From contig JAHQJS010000007.1 in the NCBI GenBank assembly GCA_019057385.1, forward strand, positions 1-64,000: 64,000 nt of DNA, written 5' to 3'. A program made the translations under genes and the position numbers. Below are positions 1 to 9,481 of the stretch, in pieces. The first letter of the stretch is position 1. The number at the start of each line of letters is the position of its first letter. The notes below the pieces were generated by a model, which was not told where the DNA came from, did no database searches, and saw only the letters and a program-made list of their open reading frames with translations. The DNA is from Candidatus Borrarchaeum weybense (GTDB taxonomy: Archaea > Asgardarchaeota > Sifarchaeia > Borrarchaeales > Borrarchaeaceae).

Positions 1-578
1 TTGTAATCTCCTTCGGATCTCCTTAGCATTGGGTATGGTTCATCAATCATATTTGCCTTCTTGTGCCAAAACCCAATTAATCCATAAGAACAAGTACCGA
101 TAACTTCCCAACCAAGAAACATTTGCAAGAAATTGTCAGACATTACAAGAAGTATCATTCCGCCAATGAAAAGCTGCATGAAGAACCAATAGCGTGTACG
201 ATCGGGGTCATGTGACATATAGCCAAGACTGTAAATCATTATAAGAGCGCTTATGCATGCTGAAACATTTGCCACAAATACGGAAAGAGGATCTACCAGG
301 ACTCCTGCATTGAGATTGGCAAACGGAAGCCAAGGTACTATCCAATCAAAGGGGACATATTCGGGTGCTCCAGTTGTATTTAGTTTGAGGGGATCATAAT
401 TTACAATAGTTCCTGTTAGAATGTCAGGAATCATAGATATTGCAAACCCAGCAGCAACTAAAGAAAAGAAGACTGCCATATAGTCTCGTACTTTTTCGTT
501 AACTTTGGCAAAGCCAGGGGTGGCAACCGCGCCGATCATTGGAATTACCCAACAAAGCCATGGTGCATACGGAAGCAT
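1..578 (-). CDS. nuoL: NADH-quinone oxidoreductase subunit L, 5' part (runs off window)
   Basis: Manual translation from ATG at 578: MLPYAPWLCWVIPMIGA...VDPLSVFVANVSACISALIMIYSLGYMSHDPDRTRYWFFMQLFIGGMILLVMSDNFLQMFLGWEVIGTCSYGLIGFW, a typical NuoL/ND5 N-terminus; abuts the nuoM stop. Confidence 0.92.
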   Translation of the reverse strand, partial: MLPYAPWLCWVIPMIGAVATPGFAKVNEKVRDYMAVFFSLVAAGFAISMIPDILTGTIVNYDPLKLNTTGAPEYVPFDWIVPWLPFANLNAGVLVDPLSVFVANVSACISALIMIYSLGYMSHDPDRTRYWFFMQLFIGGMILLVMSDNFLQMFLGWEVIGTCSYGLIGFWHKKANMIDEPYPMLRRSEGDY

Positions 579-2159
579 TTAGACTCCTCCTATTAGGTTA
601 GATAATATTTCAGATACTGGATAAATCAGTTCCAGAACAAATGAAGGAAAAATCCCAAGGACTACTACTGAAATAGCAATTATTAGCATTGGAACAATCA
701 TCAGGGTTGGAGACTCGTGAACGTCCTCAAATTTTCTTGGAATCCCTTCATCAGGGATTTCAATCCCTTTTATATATCGGTCATACATAATATCTAATTC
801 CTTAGAATCTGGACCAAAGAACATCCTCTTCATAGTCCAAAGGTAATAACCCGCTGTAAGGGCAGTAGAACATACACCAAGTACGGCAATAATTGTGAAT
901 CCTGCTTGAAAAGTCCCAGCAAAGATCAAAAATTCACTAGGGAACGTAGCCAATGGTGGCGTTCCTGCAATTGCCAATGCACCGATTAGTGCAACTGTTG
1001 CAGTAATTGGCATTTTTCGTGCGACCCCACCCAACTTAGGAATATATTTTGTGCCAGCTGAATGCACCAAGCTACCAGCACAGTAGAGGAGAACACCTTT
1101 AGCTAATCCATGCGTTAGCATATGAAATAGTCCTCCAGCTATGCCTACTGTGGTTCCAGTACTTAAGCCCAACAAAATATATCCTACTTGATTTACAGAG
1201 CTGTACGCTAGAACCCTTTTGAAATCTACTTGGACTAATGCCATCCCAGCGCCCCACCACATCGTAATAAGTGCAAGTACTGCAAGAATGAAGGATGCAT
1301 CCAATACAACCTGTGGGAAGAAGAAATATGTTATTCTAACCAATCCATATGCACCGGTCTTAATCATTACCGCTGAGAGTAATGCATGGATCGGTACTGG
1401 TGCTTCTCCATGAAAGTCAGGCAGCCATGAGTGCACCGGAAACATTCCCATTTTTATTCCAAATCCCGTAGAAATTATTAAAGCAATCGTTCTAATTAAA
1501 TTAACGTTTTGATGATAAATAGGCAATTTCGCTGGAATATCATAAATCCCAAATGAATTAGTAAGACTGTAACACCACACAATTCCAGCTAACAAACATA
1601 ATGCCCCTGACACAACGTAAAGAATATATTTCATGGCAATAGTTTTCGCTTTTTTTGTCCCCCATCCGCTAACGAGGAAATAAGCTGGGATGTTCATTCC
1701 TTCAAAAAAGACATAGAATTGGATTAAATTAGTTGCAAGGGTGACTCCTAACATTCCAGTAGCAAATAGAAGTAAGAGGAAATAATACAATTCAAAATCA
1801 TGTTTGTGGCTGATATATTCTATTGAGTATACCGAAGATACAGTTGTAAGAAGAATGATAGCTAAAGAAAGTGGTAAGTTAAGAAAATCTGATAGAAGGC
1901 TAAATTCAATCGTAATATTTCCAATCGAAAACCAGTAATATTGCTCATAAACGGCACCTCCAGTTTCAATTGCTAGAAAGAGTACCCTTATGAGGAGCAG
2001 AGAGGATGTACCTAACACTATTGACGAAAAAACGCCTGCCCCTTTTAATCCAAGTTTTTTACCAGTTGCTAATGTTAATAATATGACTACAGCAGCACAT
2101 GGTGGGAGTAGCAATGCAAGAAGCATATATGGAAACTGTAATTGTGTCCCTGGTAGCAT
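579..2159 (-). CDS. nuoM: Complex I antiporter-like subunit M (copy 2)
   Basis: TM5 Glu (FFEGMNIP), KMGMFPVHSWLPD, MIKTGAYG, LAYSSVNQVG, TM12 Glu (FPSEFLIF). Confidence 0.85.
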   Translation of the reverse strand: MLPGTQLQFPYMLLALLLPPCAAVVILLTLATGKKLGLKGAGVFSSIVLGTSSLLLIRVLFLAIETGGAVYEQYYWFSIGNITIEFSLLSDFLNLPLSLAIILLTTVSSVYSIEYISHKHDFELYYFLLLLFATGMLGVTLATNLIQFYVFFEGMNIPAYFLVSGWGTKKAKTIAMKYILYVVSGALCLLAGIVWCYSLTNSFGIYDIPAKLPIYHQNVNLIRTIALIISTGFGIKMGMFPVHSWLPDFHGEAPVPIHALLSAVMIKTGAYGLVRITYFFFPQVVLDASFILAVLALITMWWGAGMALVQVDFKRVLAYSSVNQVGYILLGLSTGTTVGIAGGLFHMLTHGLAKGVLLYCAGSLVHSAGTKYIPKLGGVARKMPITATVALIGALAIAGTPPLATFPSEFLIFAGTFQAGFTIIAVLGVCSTALTAGYYLWTMKRMFFGPDSKELDIMYDRYIKGIEIPDEGIPRKFEDVHESPTLMIVPMLIIAISVVVLGIFPSFVLELIYPVSEILSNLIGGV

Positions 2160-3647
2160 TTATGTTCCTCCTAAAGTTAGAGATTCAGACCATTTGTTCA
2201 AAAACATAAGAATACTATTTGGCCACAAACCAATGAGTAGAATTAAGATCGTAAGCAGAAGCATCGGAACAGTGAGGGAGGGAGGGGCTTCTTGAATATC
2301 TTCTATTGGCATCTGCGCTTTTGAAACAAAGATTCGATAAATAAGCCATAAAAAGTATGCAAATGTCAAGGCAACGCTTAAGACAGCGGGTACGGCGACG
2401 ATGATTATATTTAGATTGGTGAATGCACCTGCAAAAATTAGAACTTCACTATAAAAGCCGTTAAAGGGAGGTATTCCTGACAAGCTTAATGATGCTATAA
2501 GGATCGATCCGCTTGTTATGGGCATTTTCTTGGCAATTCCTCGTAAACTGTTCAAATTGTTTGAGCCAATTTGTTGAATATAACTACCCGCGCAGAGAAA
2601 TAATAGTGCCTTTATAATTGCGTGATTGACTATATGGAATGCGGCGCCAGTGAAACCAATGGCGCTAACACTGGCTACACCAAGTACAATATATCCTGAT
2701 TGACTAATACTCGAATAGGCTAAGAATCTCTTGATATCTTCTTGAGCAAGTGCCATGATGGCACCATAAACCATGCTTATGAGAGCAATGATCGCAATGA
2801 TTAATGAGTATGAAAAAATAACATCTGAAAGTGTAAGAGCTGCAAGTCTAACAATTCCGTAGGCACCAATTTTTGCCATTATCGCTGAAATCATTGCAGT
2901 AACAGGGAGAGGCGCATGTACATACATATCAGGAAGCCAATTGTGACCAGGAATGATACCAATCTTAACGAAGAAACCAATAAGCATACATATCATCGCA
3001 AGTCTGACGACATCCAAGATGGCTGAAGAAGGTTGCAATGTTCGAAGCGTTAACATATTGAGCGTTCCTGTAGTAGAGAAAAGGAGAATAATTCCAGCTA
3101 AGAGGAAAAGTGACGCAATATGGGTATACATGAATAACTTTATTGCTGTGTTTCTTACGGTTACATTTAATTCCTTAGATTCTGACCAAAAGAGCATCAA
3201 AAAGTACGCTGGTAGAAGTGTAAGCTCCCAAAATAGATACAGCTGAAATAAATTCGTTGCTAAGAAGACGCCCTGTGTACCGACATAAAGTAAGAGTAAA
3301 TTTCCATAATAGCCTCCCTGATTATCTCGTGTTGCCATATACTTAATACTATAGATAGCTAGTAAGAGAGTGATGAATGCTGAAATTATTGTAATTGGAA
3401 AACTCAGACCATCAAGGTATAAGCCAAATTCAGTTGCTGCAATGCTTGGAATCCATCTATATGTTTCCAGAAGCGATCCATAACTAAGAACATCAGTTAC
3501 ACCTAACATCAACATGAATAATGAAAGAATTAATGCCGCACCTGAGATTGTTGCAGCAACATAGGTTGAACAATTTCTTAGTGCAAATAACAGTCCTATA
3601 GAGATAAGAGCTGGAATTAATAATGCTAGCAGTAAATTTGGAATCAT
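2160..3647 (-). CDS. nuoM: Complex I antiporter-like subunit M (copy 1)
   Basis: FWELTLLP, KIGIIPGHNWLPD, MAKIGAYG, LAYSSISQSG, TM12 Glu (FYSEVLIF). Confidence 0.85.
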   Translation of the reverse strand: MIPNLLLALLIPALISIGLLFALRNCSTYVAATISGAALILSLFMLMLGVTDVLSYGSLLETYRWIPSIAATEFGLYLDGLSFPITIISAFITLLLAIYSIKYMATRDNQGGYYGNLLLLYVGTQGVFLATNLFQLYLFWELTLLPAYFLMLFWSESKELNVTVRNTAIKLFMYTHIASLFLLAGIILLFSTTGTLNMLTLRTLQPSSAILDVVRLAMICMLIGFFVKIGIIPGHNWLPDMYVHAPLPVTAMISAIMAKIGAYGIVRLAALTLSDVIFSYSLIIAIIALISMVYGAIMALAQEDIKRFLAYSSISQSGYIVLGVASVSAIGFTGAAFHIVNHAIIKALLFLCAGSYIQQIGSNNLNSLRGIAKKMPITSGSILIASLSLSGIPPFNGFYSEVLIFAGAFTNLNIIIVAVPAVLSVALTFAYFLWLIYRIFVSKAQMPIEDIQEAPPSLTVPMLLLTILILLIGLWPNSILMFLNKWSESLTLGGT

Positions 3648-3655
3648 ATACTCTC

Positions 3656-3964
3656 CTATCCTTTCAGTTGTTTCAATTCGTGAAAGTCAATAGTTTTACT
3701 TGTCCTTGATATGACTTTAACGATCGCTAAAGCAACAGCCGCTTCAACTGCAGCGATTGTTATTGAAAAGAGAACAATAGGTTGTCCTTCGATCCCTGGA
3801 ACGTAAAGATACCTCGCAAATGCTAGAATATTTAAATTTGCGCTGTTCATAAGCATTTCAATCGAAAAAAGGAGTCGCATTGCATTCCTTTTAACAGAAA
3901 GCCCATATATGCCAATTCCAAACAAAATCATTGCAACGATTAAATAATAAATTAAAGGTATCAT
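3656..3964 (-). CDS. nuoK: Complex I subunit K
   Basis: 102 aa, 3 TM, SIEMLMNS and AAVEAAVALA motifs; operon position. Confidence 0.93.
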   Translation of the reverse strand: MIPLIYYLIVAMILFGIGIYGLSVKRNAMRLLFSIEMLMNSANLNILAFARYLYVPGIEGQPIVLFSITIAAVEAAVALAIVKVISRTSKTIDFHELKQLKG

Positions 3965-4506
3965 TTTGCTTCCTCTTCTTTATCTTCGACTTTAGCTAAG
4001 GTTAGTGCTCCCAATAATCCAGTAAAAAGTACTAATGCTAGAATCTGAAGCGCAATTCCATATTCAATTACTATTGACTGGGCAATTCGGCTGACCGACC
4101 AATCAAAGGGTGCTTCAGAAGGTGTAAGACCCCATGCAGGAGTTAATAGATACAAGACACAGATGGAGACGATCAACATGAGTGAAGCAATAGCCCCCGC
4201 AATTAATTCTGGAGTTATTTTGAAAGCACGGTACATCCATCTCTCTCTTGGTACTACCATAATTGTAAAGAGAATTAGCACAACAACAGCACCTATATAT
4301 ACTGAGATCTGAAACATCGCTAAATACGTTGCATCTAAGAGGATGAAAAGCCCTGCTAGACCTAAAAACATCACTCCTAATGAGAATGCGCCATAAATAA
4401 TCTCATGTGATTCTAATGCAATGATTGCGCTAATGATCACCACGATTGAAATGACAATAAAAATGAATTCCGTCGTGAATAGATAACTAATCTGCATGAG
4501 ACACAC
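3961..4506 (-). CDS. nuoJ: Complex I subunit J
   Basis: LAMFQISVYIGAVVVLILF motif, 5 TM. Confidence 0.92.
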   Translation of the reverse strand: MCLMQISYLFTTEFIFIVISIVVIISAIIALESHEIIYGAFSLGVMFLGLAGLFILLDATYLAMFQISVYIGAVVVLILFTIMVVPRERWMYRAFKITPELIAGAIASLMLIVSICVLYLLTPAWGLTPSEAPFDWSVSRIAQSIVIEYGIALQILALVLFTGLLGALTLAKVEDKEEEAK

Positions 4507-4978
4507 CCCTACGGGTAAAAACTATTTCATATCGCCCTTCTTCTTCAGATGGCTTTTTAGAAAGTTGTTCAGGTGTATAAACTAAGTTTTCTTTATCATA
4601 AACTGACAATTCGTATTTATGAGACATAGTTAAACAATTTGGAGGACATACATCTACACAAAAACCGCAAAAAATGCATCGTTTATAGGAGATTTGGGGA
4701 TATACCTCCTCCCGCTTTTTCTTTTTAGGAGTTTTTTCATCATTTCCTGCCTTTTCGGGAATTTCTTCTTGTTGTGCATTTTTGACAAGTAAAACCATTG
4801 TGATGGCTTTTGTGGGGCATATTCTAAAACATGCTCTGCAATGAATACAAGTTGGAATGTCAAGAATATGTCTTCCGAGAAAGCGCTCAGCCATTTTGAG
4901 TTTCTGGTCGGGATATTTCACCGTCATTCTGCTTTTAAAGAGATGTTTAAATCCTGAATAAATCGCTTTTATTACCAT
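4487..4978 (-). CDS. nuoI: Complex I subunit I (2x[4Fe-4S])
   Basis: TVKYP, CIHCRACFRICP and CIFCGFCVDVCP. Confidence 0.95.
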   Translation of the reverse strand: MVIKAIYSGFKHLFKSRMTVKYPDQKLKMAERFLGRHILDIPTCIHCRACFRICPTKAITMVLLVKNAQQEEIPEKAGNDEKTPKKKKREEVYPQISYKRCIFCGFCVDVCPPNCLTMSHKYELSVYDKENLVYTPEQLSKKPSEEEGRYEIVFTRRGVSHAD

Positions 4979-6034
4979 CTAAAGTACCCCCAACAGAATC
5001 AATTTTACGGCTACAGCCCATATTATACTCACAAATGAAAGGATGAGAAGGCGTCTCCATCCAATTTCCAATAAATCGGACAACCTTACACGAGGTAAAA
5101 CTCCTCTTAGAGCTATAATGATTAAAGCAACAATAAGAGTTTTCGTTAAAAACCAAAAAGCAGGGTACATAAAAGAAGGACCTATCCAGCCTCCTAAAAA
5201 CAACGCGGTAAACATCGCTGAGGCAAAATACACTTTTGTGTACAAGGAAAGCATTATAAGTCCAAAAGTCATTCCAGAATACTCTGTCATCCACCCCATT
5301 ACAATCTCAGATTCCGCTTCTGGTAAATCAAAGGGAATTCTTTCCAATTCTGCTATCATTGAAATTATAAATACAAGCGCGCCTAGAGGCAGAAGTAGGA
5401 TAAACCAAAAGGTAGATTGAGCTTTTACAATGGAGACAAAGTTAAGTGATTCTGCTAAAAGCACAACTCCAAGTGTTGAAAACCATAGAGGTACTTCATA
5501 AGATATCTGTTGAAATAATGCGCGAATACCTCCCAAAAATGGATATTTTGAGTTTGATGCCCATCCTGCCAATAGTGTTAAAATGGGAAACATCGCTAAA
5601 ATCGCAAAGGTAAATAACAGAGAAACATCTAAGTTGGATATAACAGCAGTTTCGCTTAATGGGATAACAGTAAGCGTGGTTGCTGCTAGGACCACAAGTA
5701 TAATTGGCACGATTTGGAAGAATTTTTTATCTGCTTTTTCGGGAATGATGGTCTCTTTAAATAGCAACTTCACAAAGTCTGCAATAGGCTGAAGAATGCC
5801 TGCGATGCGACCTGCATATTGAGGACCAACTCGAAGCTGCATTTTTGCAAGAAACTTTCTTTCCAACCAAATAAGCTCGCTCACGGTTATGAGGATGGTA
5901 AAAATCCCTGGGAAAAGTAAAATTTTGAAAAATAATTCGGATTGTAGCACTCCGAAGATAAACATAAGTAATTGCCGAAGTTCGGCAATTTGAATACTAT
6001 TTATGATATTCTCGATATTATTTACGATATTCAT
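4979..6034 (-). CDS. nuoH: Complex I subunit H
   Basis: ERKFLAKMQLRVGP, GILQPIADFVKL, RIPFDLPEAESE. Confidence 0.96.
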   Translation of the reverse strand: MNIVNNIENIINSIQIAELRQLLMFIFGVLQSELFFKILLFPGIFTILITVSELIWLERKFLAKMQLRVGPQYAGRIAGILQPIADFVKLLFKETIIPEKADKKFFQIVPIILVVLAATTLTVIPLSETAVISNLDVSLLFTFAILAMFPILTLLAGWASNSKYPFLGGIRALFQQISYEVPLWFSTLGVVLLAESLNFVSIVKAQSTFWFILLLPLGALVFIISMIAELERIPFDLPEAESEIVMGWMTEYSGMTFGLIMLSLYTKVYFASAMFTALFLGGWIGPSFMYPAFWFLTKTLIVALIIIALRGVLPRVRLSDLLEIGWRRLLILSFVSIIWAVAVKLILLGVL

Positions 6035-6040
6035 TATAAC

Positions 6041-7117
6041 CTACCTATCTGCATCTGGAGGCCAATAATCCAGACTCCAGTAAATAGTTGGCATATCTGC
6101 TAACATGGAACCTTTCATTAACGAAAAGCCTGGAAGATTTCGAAAAGAAGGTGTCGACATTTTAAGGCGATACGGTTTTGCACTTCCATCGCTGAGAATA
6201 TAGCAGCCTAATTCGCCTCGGGCAGCTTCTACTCGTGTAAACGCTTCTCCTTCTGGAACTTTTTTTCTTGCCTTAACTCGGAAATCTCCATCTGGTAAAT
6301 GTTCAAGCGCTTGCCTGATAATAGAGGAACTAATTTCCATTTCTTTAAATCTGATTATAGATCTTGCGTAAGAGTCTCCTTCGGTAAATACGGGAACCTC
6401 GAAATCTAATTGATTATATGATGAATAAGGTATATCCTTTCGTATATCTCCCCGTATGCCAGAGCCTCGAAGTGTAGGGCCAGTTACTCCTAGATTAATT
6501 GCATCAGCCCGACCAAGTACACCAATACCTTTAGTTCTTCTCTCGAAGATCGGATTTGAAAGAAAAATTGCATCATATTCCTTCAGGCGTCCTTGAAAGT
6601 AATCTAAGGTCTTCATTATTTGGTCATCAATTCCCTCCGGTAAGTCATCTCGAACGCCTCCAGGAATGATGTATGTATAACTCACTCTTGAGCCAGTAAT
6701 CTTTTCAGCGATATCTATGAATATATCACGGTCTCCAAACGGCCACATAAACATAGTCGAATGTCCAAGAAAAATGCCCATAATTGAAAGCCAATACAGA
6801 TGACTCATGATTCGCGACAATTCACACATGATAATTCGAATAAATTGTGCTCTAGGTGGAATCTCTATACCTAATAATTCTTCGATAGTCATCGCGTAAG
6901 CTAAAGTAACTGATGAAACATCTGGCAAGCATTGTCTTTCAATCATTGGTACATTTTGCAGATATTCTCTAGTTTCCGCAATTTTTTCAGCGCTTCGGTG
7001 AACAAATCCTGGATCAGGTTCTGCATTGAGTATAATATCTCCTTGCAATTCAATTTTCATGCGGAGATGTCCACTTCCCGAATGTTGCGGTCCTACGCTA
7101 AAGTAAAGAGATGACAT
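6041..7117 (-). CDS. nuoD: Complex I subunit D
   Basis: GPQH...HLR, ELSRIMSHL, EAARGELG, C-terminal DADR; no complete NiFe CxxC pairs. Confidence 0.93.
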   Translation of the reverse strand: MSSLYFSVGPQHSGSGHLRMKIELQGDIILNAEPDPGFVHRSAEKIAETREYLQNVPMIERQCLPDVSSVTLAYAMTIEELLGIEIPPRAQFIRIIMCELSRIMSHLYWLSIMGIFLGHSTMFMWPFGDRDIFIDIAEKITGSRVSYTYIIPGGVRDDLPEGIDDQIMKTLDYFQGRLKEYDAIFLSNPIFERRTKGIGVLGRADAINLGVTGPTLRGSGIRGDIRKDIPYSSYNQLDFEVPVFTEGDSYARSIIRFKEMEISSSIIRQALEHLPDGDFRVKARKKVPEGEAFTRVEAARGELGCYILSDGSAKPYRLKMSTPSFRNLPGFSLMKGSMLADMPTIYWSLDYWPPDADR

Positions 7118-7126
7118 TTTTGATCA

Positions 7127-7612
7127 TTATTCCTCCAATAGAAAATCTTTCCTTAAGGGATATTGATTTTCAGGCCACTCATCATAGAGAAGAAGCCGTT
7201 CAAGTTTTGGATGCCCCTCAAATTCGATACCAAATAATTCCCATGTTTCTCTCTCGTGCCACTCTGCACTTTTCCAAATTGAAATTAGAGAAGGAGTATG
7301 AGGCGTTTGCCGGTCAACTGGTATTTTAAGGATCAGCAGTAGAGGTAAATGTCCATCTTCGGATATTGAAGAAACATGGTACACTACTACAAATTTATTT
7401 TCTTCTGGATAATCTATACCCGAAACGGAAACGACGTAATTCAGGGCGTACCTTTCCTTCAAAAACTGGGCGATTTCTACTACGTTTTCTTTTTCGACGG
7501 TCATTAGAATCCTTTGCTGTCTTAATAGTTCCAATGTGCCGATTTTTCCACCAAATTTATTTTTAAGCTCGTCAACTATCTTCGTATTATTCGCCCTTTG
7601 TAATGTTAACAC
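7127..7612 (-). CDS. nuoC: Complex I subunit C
   Basis: AEWHERETWELFGIEFEGHP...YPLRKDF. Confidence 0.95.
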   Translation of the reverse strand: MLTLQRANNTKIVDELKNKFGGKIGTLELLRQQRILMTVEKENVVEIAQFLKERYALNYVVSVSGIDYPEENKFVVVYHVSSISEDGHLPLLLILKIPVDRQTPHTPSLISIWKSAEWHERETWELFGIEFEGHPKLERLLLYDEWPENQYPLRKDFLLEE

Positions 7613-8102
7613 GCCCCTTTCGTATTTTATCTTGTAACATCAAAACTCCTTCGGCTAATGCTTCAGGTCTTGGCGGACAGCCTGGTACATATACGTCTAC
7701 TGGTAAAATTTCGTCTACACTCTTGATTATGTTATATGAATTGTAGAATAATCCACCACTGATAGCACATGCCCCCATCGCTATAACATAACGAGGACTA
7801 GCCATCTGGGAATAGATCTTCTTTACACGTTTAGCCATTTTTTTTGTAACAGTTCCTTCTATTATAAGCAGGTCGCATTGCCTTAGAGACCCGATAGGAA
7901 GCATTCCCATTCGTTCAACATCAAATCTTGGACACGATGCCGCACCAAATTCTACAGAACAACACGCGGTAGTCAGATGAACTGGCCAAAGCGAGTATAA
8001 GCGTGACCAGTTGACGAAATACCGAATTGGTTTTAGTCCATTTACTACTTTTTCCGCTACGCTGCGTAAGATTCCTACAAATGCATTTCCTACTTCAGAC
8101 AT
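7587..8102 (-). CDS. nuoB: Complex I subunit B
   Basis: TACCSVE, MGACAISGG, VPGCPPRPE. Confidence 0.96.
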   Translation of the reverse strand: MSEVGNAFVGILRSVAEKVVNGLKPIRYFVNWSRLYSLWPVHLTTACCSVEFGAASCPRFDVERMGMLPIGSLRQCDLLIIEGTVTKKMAKRVKKIYSQMASPRYVIAMGACAISGGLFYNSYNIIKSVDEILPVDVYVPGCPPRPEALAEGVLMLQDKIRKGRVNITKGE

Positions 8103-8492
8103 CTATTTCCAACTCTCTTTTTTAGCTGAATAGTATAAGGCATACCCAAGTAGAAAGGAGAGCACTAAAATGAATATAATAACTGGCAGATGATCTTCAA
8201 GAGTAAAAACGCTAAAGGCAGCTGCCCATGCAAACAAAAACATTGAGGTTACATCGAAAATAAGAAACATTAAGATATAGGGGTAATATTGCATAACAAA
8301 TTGTGCCCTCCCTTCCTCACCCCCAATTAACTCTTCTCCGCATTCAAAAGGAGCTGTTTTCATCGGATCAGGGTTTCGGGGACTTAATATCCGAGAAATA
8401 ATAAGGGCAAATATGAACATCAAAGCTACAATTACTTGAAAAATAAGGATGGGTATAAATTCTTCTACCGCCATCTTTATACACACTTGCAA
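8103..8492 (-). CDS. nuoA: Complex I subunit A
   Basis: KTAPFECGE, FLIFDV, 3 TM; probable start ATG at 8474. Confidence 0.93.
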   Translation of the reverse strand: MQVCIKMAVEEFIPILIFQVIVALMFIFALIISRILSPRNPDPMKTAPFECGEELIGGEEGRAQFVMQYYPYILMFLIFDVTSMFLFAWAAAFSVFTLEDHLPVIIFILVLSFLLGYALYYSAKKESWK

Positions 8493-8710
8493 TTTTACAG
8501 GGAGTGGCTGTAGAACAGATTAAGTGCCTTTATCTATTTTTGTCAAATAATTTGTGGGCGATAACGATAAACATTTGCAGAAAAGAGTGAATTATGCAAA
8601 AAAATTGCACGAGACTGAAATAAGTATATCGTGCGCGGAAATTTAAATAGAGATATTTATTTCCCTAAAGAAAATGTAAGATTGCTTCGTATTTGGAAGA
8701 TATCAAGAAC

Positions 8711-9193
8711 TTATTCTAAAAGTGTTTTAGAACTCCTTCCAGTTATCTCTTCAATTTCAACTGCACATACTAAAAACTCCATTTGTGATAAGATTTCCAA
8801 AGAGATGTCTTCCTCTTTCATGCCAATAAATGCCTCAAATGAAAGTGTACCCACGAAGTTCTCTAATATCTTCCAGCTTAATTCTGGGTCTTTAAAAAGT
8901 CTAGCGGTACCATAGACGATCACTGAACGCCAAGAGCCATCTTCTTCCCATTCATCTATAACGAAACAAATTTTTGGATTTTGTTTTAAGGCATCAATTT
9001 TTTTCCCAGGAGCGTTAAGGTTAAAATAAAGTTTCCCATTCATGTAAGAATAGCATATTGGGACTACGTATGGCATATTCTTGACAGAAAGAGCTAGATG
9101 CCCTATCATATTTAATTTTAGTACATCCAAAATCTCTTCCTTTGGCATCTCTGACATATAATCACTCACAATCTGCATGCAAAGTGGGCGCAA
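8711..9193 (-). CDS. Pyridoxamine 5'-phosphate oxidase-like (split-barrel flavin-binding) protein
   Basis: GHLALS...PYVVPICY...GKKIDALKQNPKICFVID...WRSVIVYGTA. Confidence 0.88.
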   Translation of the reverse strand: MRPLCMQIVSDYMSEMPKEEILDVLKLNMIGHLALSVKNMPYVVPICYSYMNGKLYFNLNAPGKKIDALKQNPKICFVIDEWEEDGSWRSVIVYGTARLFKDPELSWKILENFVGTLSFEAFIGMKEEDISLEILSQMEFLVCAVEIEEITGRSSKTLLE

Positions 9194-9481
9194 GTAAGTA
9201 CTCCCACATTTTTAACTGTTTTTGGTCTCTTGAAATATTCGATAGATTTGTTTATGATTCTTTATTCCAATATTCCATCAAAGTAGGGAAGAAAATTTCT
9301 GTATCTTTATAAAAAATGCATTATTGTTGCATGAGTTATTTTAATGCTGAGAAATGGTGTCCCTACCCATATTTTTTTATTTTTAGACATATCTTTGTCA
9401 TTTACAAGATAAAGAGAACACTTTAGACCTATTCCACTAGAACATATTTTGCGCGTGTAGTAATAACACAGGGGCAAAAAC

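Noticed and set aside
6041-8102. Group 4 [NiFe] hydrogenase
   Set aside because: Large subunit lacks both CxxC motifs and the small subunit has the tandem CC of NuoB
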